From: Eledone cirrhosa
Lineage: Eukaryota
DNA length: 64,000 bases
Assembly (NCBI GenBank): GCA_964016885.1
Contig: OZ024741.1
Span: forward strand, 160,332,001 to 160,396,000
Direction of reading: 5' to 3'
Within the stretch, counting starts at the first letter, position 1; every line of letters begins with the position of its first letter. The position numbers and the translations under genes are program-made. Positions 61,374 through 64,000 of this stretch are shown in pieces. Below the pieces are notes generated by a model. That model ran no database searches. It saw only the letters and a program-made list of their open reading frames with translations, and was not told the origin of the DNA.

Positions 61374-61430
61374 ACTGCTATATATATTTCGATGATAGCC
61401 ATTGAGTGGCTATGACCTCATCAGGCAGTT
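61374..61430 (-). ncRNA. Type I hammerhead ribozyme, orphan
   Basis: actgc-CTGATGA-ggt.c.atagcca-ctcaa-tggctat.c.atc-GAAA-tatata-TA-gcagt. Confidence 0.8.
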
Positions 61431-61712
61431 AGTCAGTTCTTAGATATGCCAGCTCTGTGTTTATGGTGTTGATTGTATCAGAGCCTTGGGACATATATAT
61501 AATTACAAGAAAAGAAGCTGGCTGTATTTTTGATATAGAAATGGCTTCTACAGGACTAGAACTATTTCCTTCGAAAGAAATTATCAGGGCTATTCTTGTA
61601 GAAGCCGTTTCTATATTTAAAATGTATACTCTGCAGTGTATTCAAAACCTTACTTACTGTGGTTATCCCCGATTGAACCCGGGATAAACTTATATATATA
61701 TATATATATATA

Positions 61713-62900
61713 TCAGCAGAAACTACACACCATCCCTAATCACCAATGGATTCCAACGTGCCCTAAAACTAGACATGCAGGAACTCAGACACCCCAAACA
61801 CAGGAGTGAACCGCAACAAAAAACTCTACCATACATCTCCACACACAACCCCCTCAACAATGAGGCATTCGATACCATCCTCCAGAACATTCCTTTACTA
61901 AAAAGAGACCCAAGAATGAACAATATCCTCCAAACACACAACATCATAAAGAGCAAAAGACAACCCAAATCCATAAAAAACATCCTCACACAAGCCAAAA
62001 TCCATCAAACCCTCACAATAAACCCTAGAGTAACAAAATGCGGAAGGCCCAACTGTGGCATATGCATAAATCTAATAGAAGGTTCAACATTCCATTTTAA
62101 ACAAGGACAACGTTTCACAGTTAAACACAACTTTACATGTGCATCTGAAAACCTTATCTATGTTTTGACTTGCTCAGGTTGTCTAGAGCACTACATAGGA
62201 CAGACAAAATAAACAGCCTCCGTCAACGTATGACCGTCCATAAATCACAAATTAAAATACAGGAATACAGAAAGATTGCATTTAGTGAACATATCGCCAA
62301 CTGTGCTCTCAACCAACTTCCAAACTTTACAATTTTCCCCATTTATAAATTCATAGACAACGCTACTTTCATCCAACGCACCAATAAGGAAACACATTTC
62401 ATTAATAAATTTCAACCAGTACTCAACGCCCTAAAATTCGAACCTTTCTAAAACTGCAACAAACCATGAAACATTTACAAGAGTTACCTCCCTCACACCC
62501 TAACTAATCCTTTTTCTTAAATAAATTAAATATCACCCAACATGAATTGCTCCCCCCTGCATATTAACTCTCTAAAAAGGGAAATCATATCAAACCTCAG
62601 TCCACCATTTGCCTCCTTCACCGAACCATGGTTCAACTAAGCACTCTTACGATATTAACACATTTTGAACTGCTTAACTTCAATGACTGTGCTTGTAAAT
62701 AACATTAACTTTTCTTCCACATTGACTTTTTACGTTCCACAATATGCACCTTTTTTTTTCCTTTTTCTTTTTTCTTTTCACTTCTTAAACCTTGTTTGTA
62801 TATAACATTATTCTTTCTGCACCTTCTGTTTAACATGTGCGACACCACACTAATACATTTCACTATCATTTGATAATGCATATAAATGCAGAAACCGGTA
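61713..62900 (+). mobile_element. Neptune-type PLE 3' fragment (GIY-YIG + UTR), same family as 42757-44198
   Basis: ORFs 61775-62212 and 62170-62451; CGRPNCGIC, IYVLTC..C..HYIGQT; right boundary approximate. Confidence 0.85.
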
Positions 62901-63157
62901 ATAGACAATAATTAAATATATAAATAGATAAATAAATGCCATTGTTAAATAATAAATAAATCAACGAACACCTTAACACTTCACACAAAGTAAAACATTT
63001 TGTTTTAATCATTTTCTAACCCAGAAAAAAGAGACAGAGAGACACAAAAAAAAGGAAAAAAATATATTTTTCTTCCTCAAAATCGTCTCTTTCTCCCTGT
63101 TTTCATATATATATATATATATATCTTAACTCGTGTGCCTCCTCTCCACATTTTATT

Positions 63158-63237
<80 letters not shown>

Positions 63238-63693
63238 TATGGGCATGTGTGTGTGCGTGACTGTCGGAGAGGAAACAGGTCCAACAACAACATGGTACAT
63301 ACTTTGTTATAGCAGAATATTACTGAAATCTTAATTGAATTTCTGTGTTTCTCTTGCAGATAGGGTAGATATGAGATCAAAGAGGGAAATGAGATACTTA
63401 AAGTGTAAATAGACAACGTGTGAAACACACAAACATGACAAATACATTTGGTGAATCCAAGGAAGCAATCACTTAGAAACAAAGATCTGTTATTTCACGA
63501 TTCGTCAAGCTATTTAATTAAACATCCTACTTATATAGTCACACACACACACACACACAGATATATATATATATATACATCAATGGATATATATAAATAT
63601 ATATGCATATATACATATATGCATATCTTTTCCTCCCGACCCCTATCTGACTCTCTCTCTGTCTATATATATACACATATATACATATATGCA

Positions 63694-63727
<34 letters not shown>

Positions 63728-63780
63728 TCTCTCTCTCTCTCTATTTCTCTCTTTATCTCTATCTCTCCCTCTCTCTCTCA

Positions 63781-63811
<31 letters not shown>

Positions 63812-64000
63812 TCTCTCTCTCTCTCTGTATATATATATATATATACCGTTGTTTCGTTCTGACTTGAAATGTAATTGTGTCGTGTTTTACATGGTTTTGT
63901 TGTAGTCAATTTCACACAACACCTTTGCTACTGATACACCATGTCACACACCCAAGTGCATGCATATGTATTTATGAATGACGCATGCATGTATGTTTGC

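Overview
AT-rich animal repeat DNA with no recognisable host gene. The SINE and Tx1-LINE families resemble those of octopus/coleoid cephalopods (inference). Nearly all long ORFs in the track are translations of (TA)n/(CA)n/trinucleotide repeats. Real coding content is transposon-derived: a Tx1/L1-type LINE (1-3345, minus; its APE-endonuclease ORF2 runs off the window and is missing from the ORF track), a decayed mariner, a probable hATm-like relic, and several Penelope-like elements (PLEs, RT + GIY-YIG) of at least three types. The main signal is a hammerhead-ribozyme (HHR) retroelement system inserted in (TA)n tracts. (1) A non-coding ~430-bp unit carries one minimal type I HHR per unit, in permuted tandem arrays (retrozyme-like; 8.5, 26.7-28.0 and 35.6-36.4 kb). 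(2) A 12.6-kb head-to-head palindrome of a Naiad-like PLE is flanked by a direct target-site duplication and has an HHR with a 115-nt stem II. (3) A 6.1-kb composite palindrome mirrors unrelated TA-flanked modules along with a PLE. (4) Many short fold-back insertions share the geometry of 3' ends outward and 5' ends joined centrally. All ribozyme and clade calls come from manual motif and pairing inspection, not computation.
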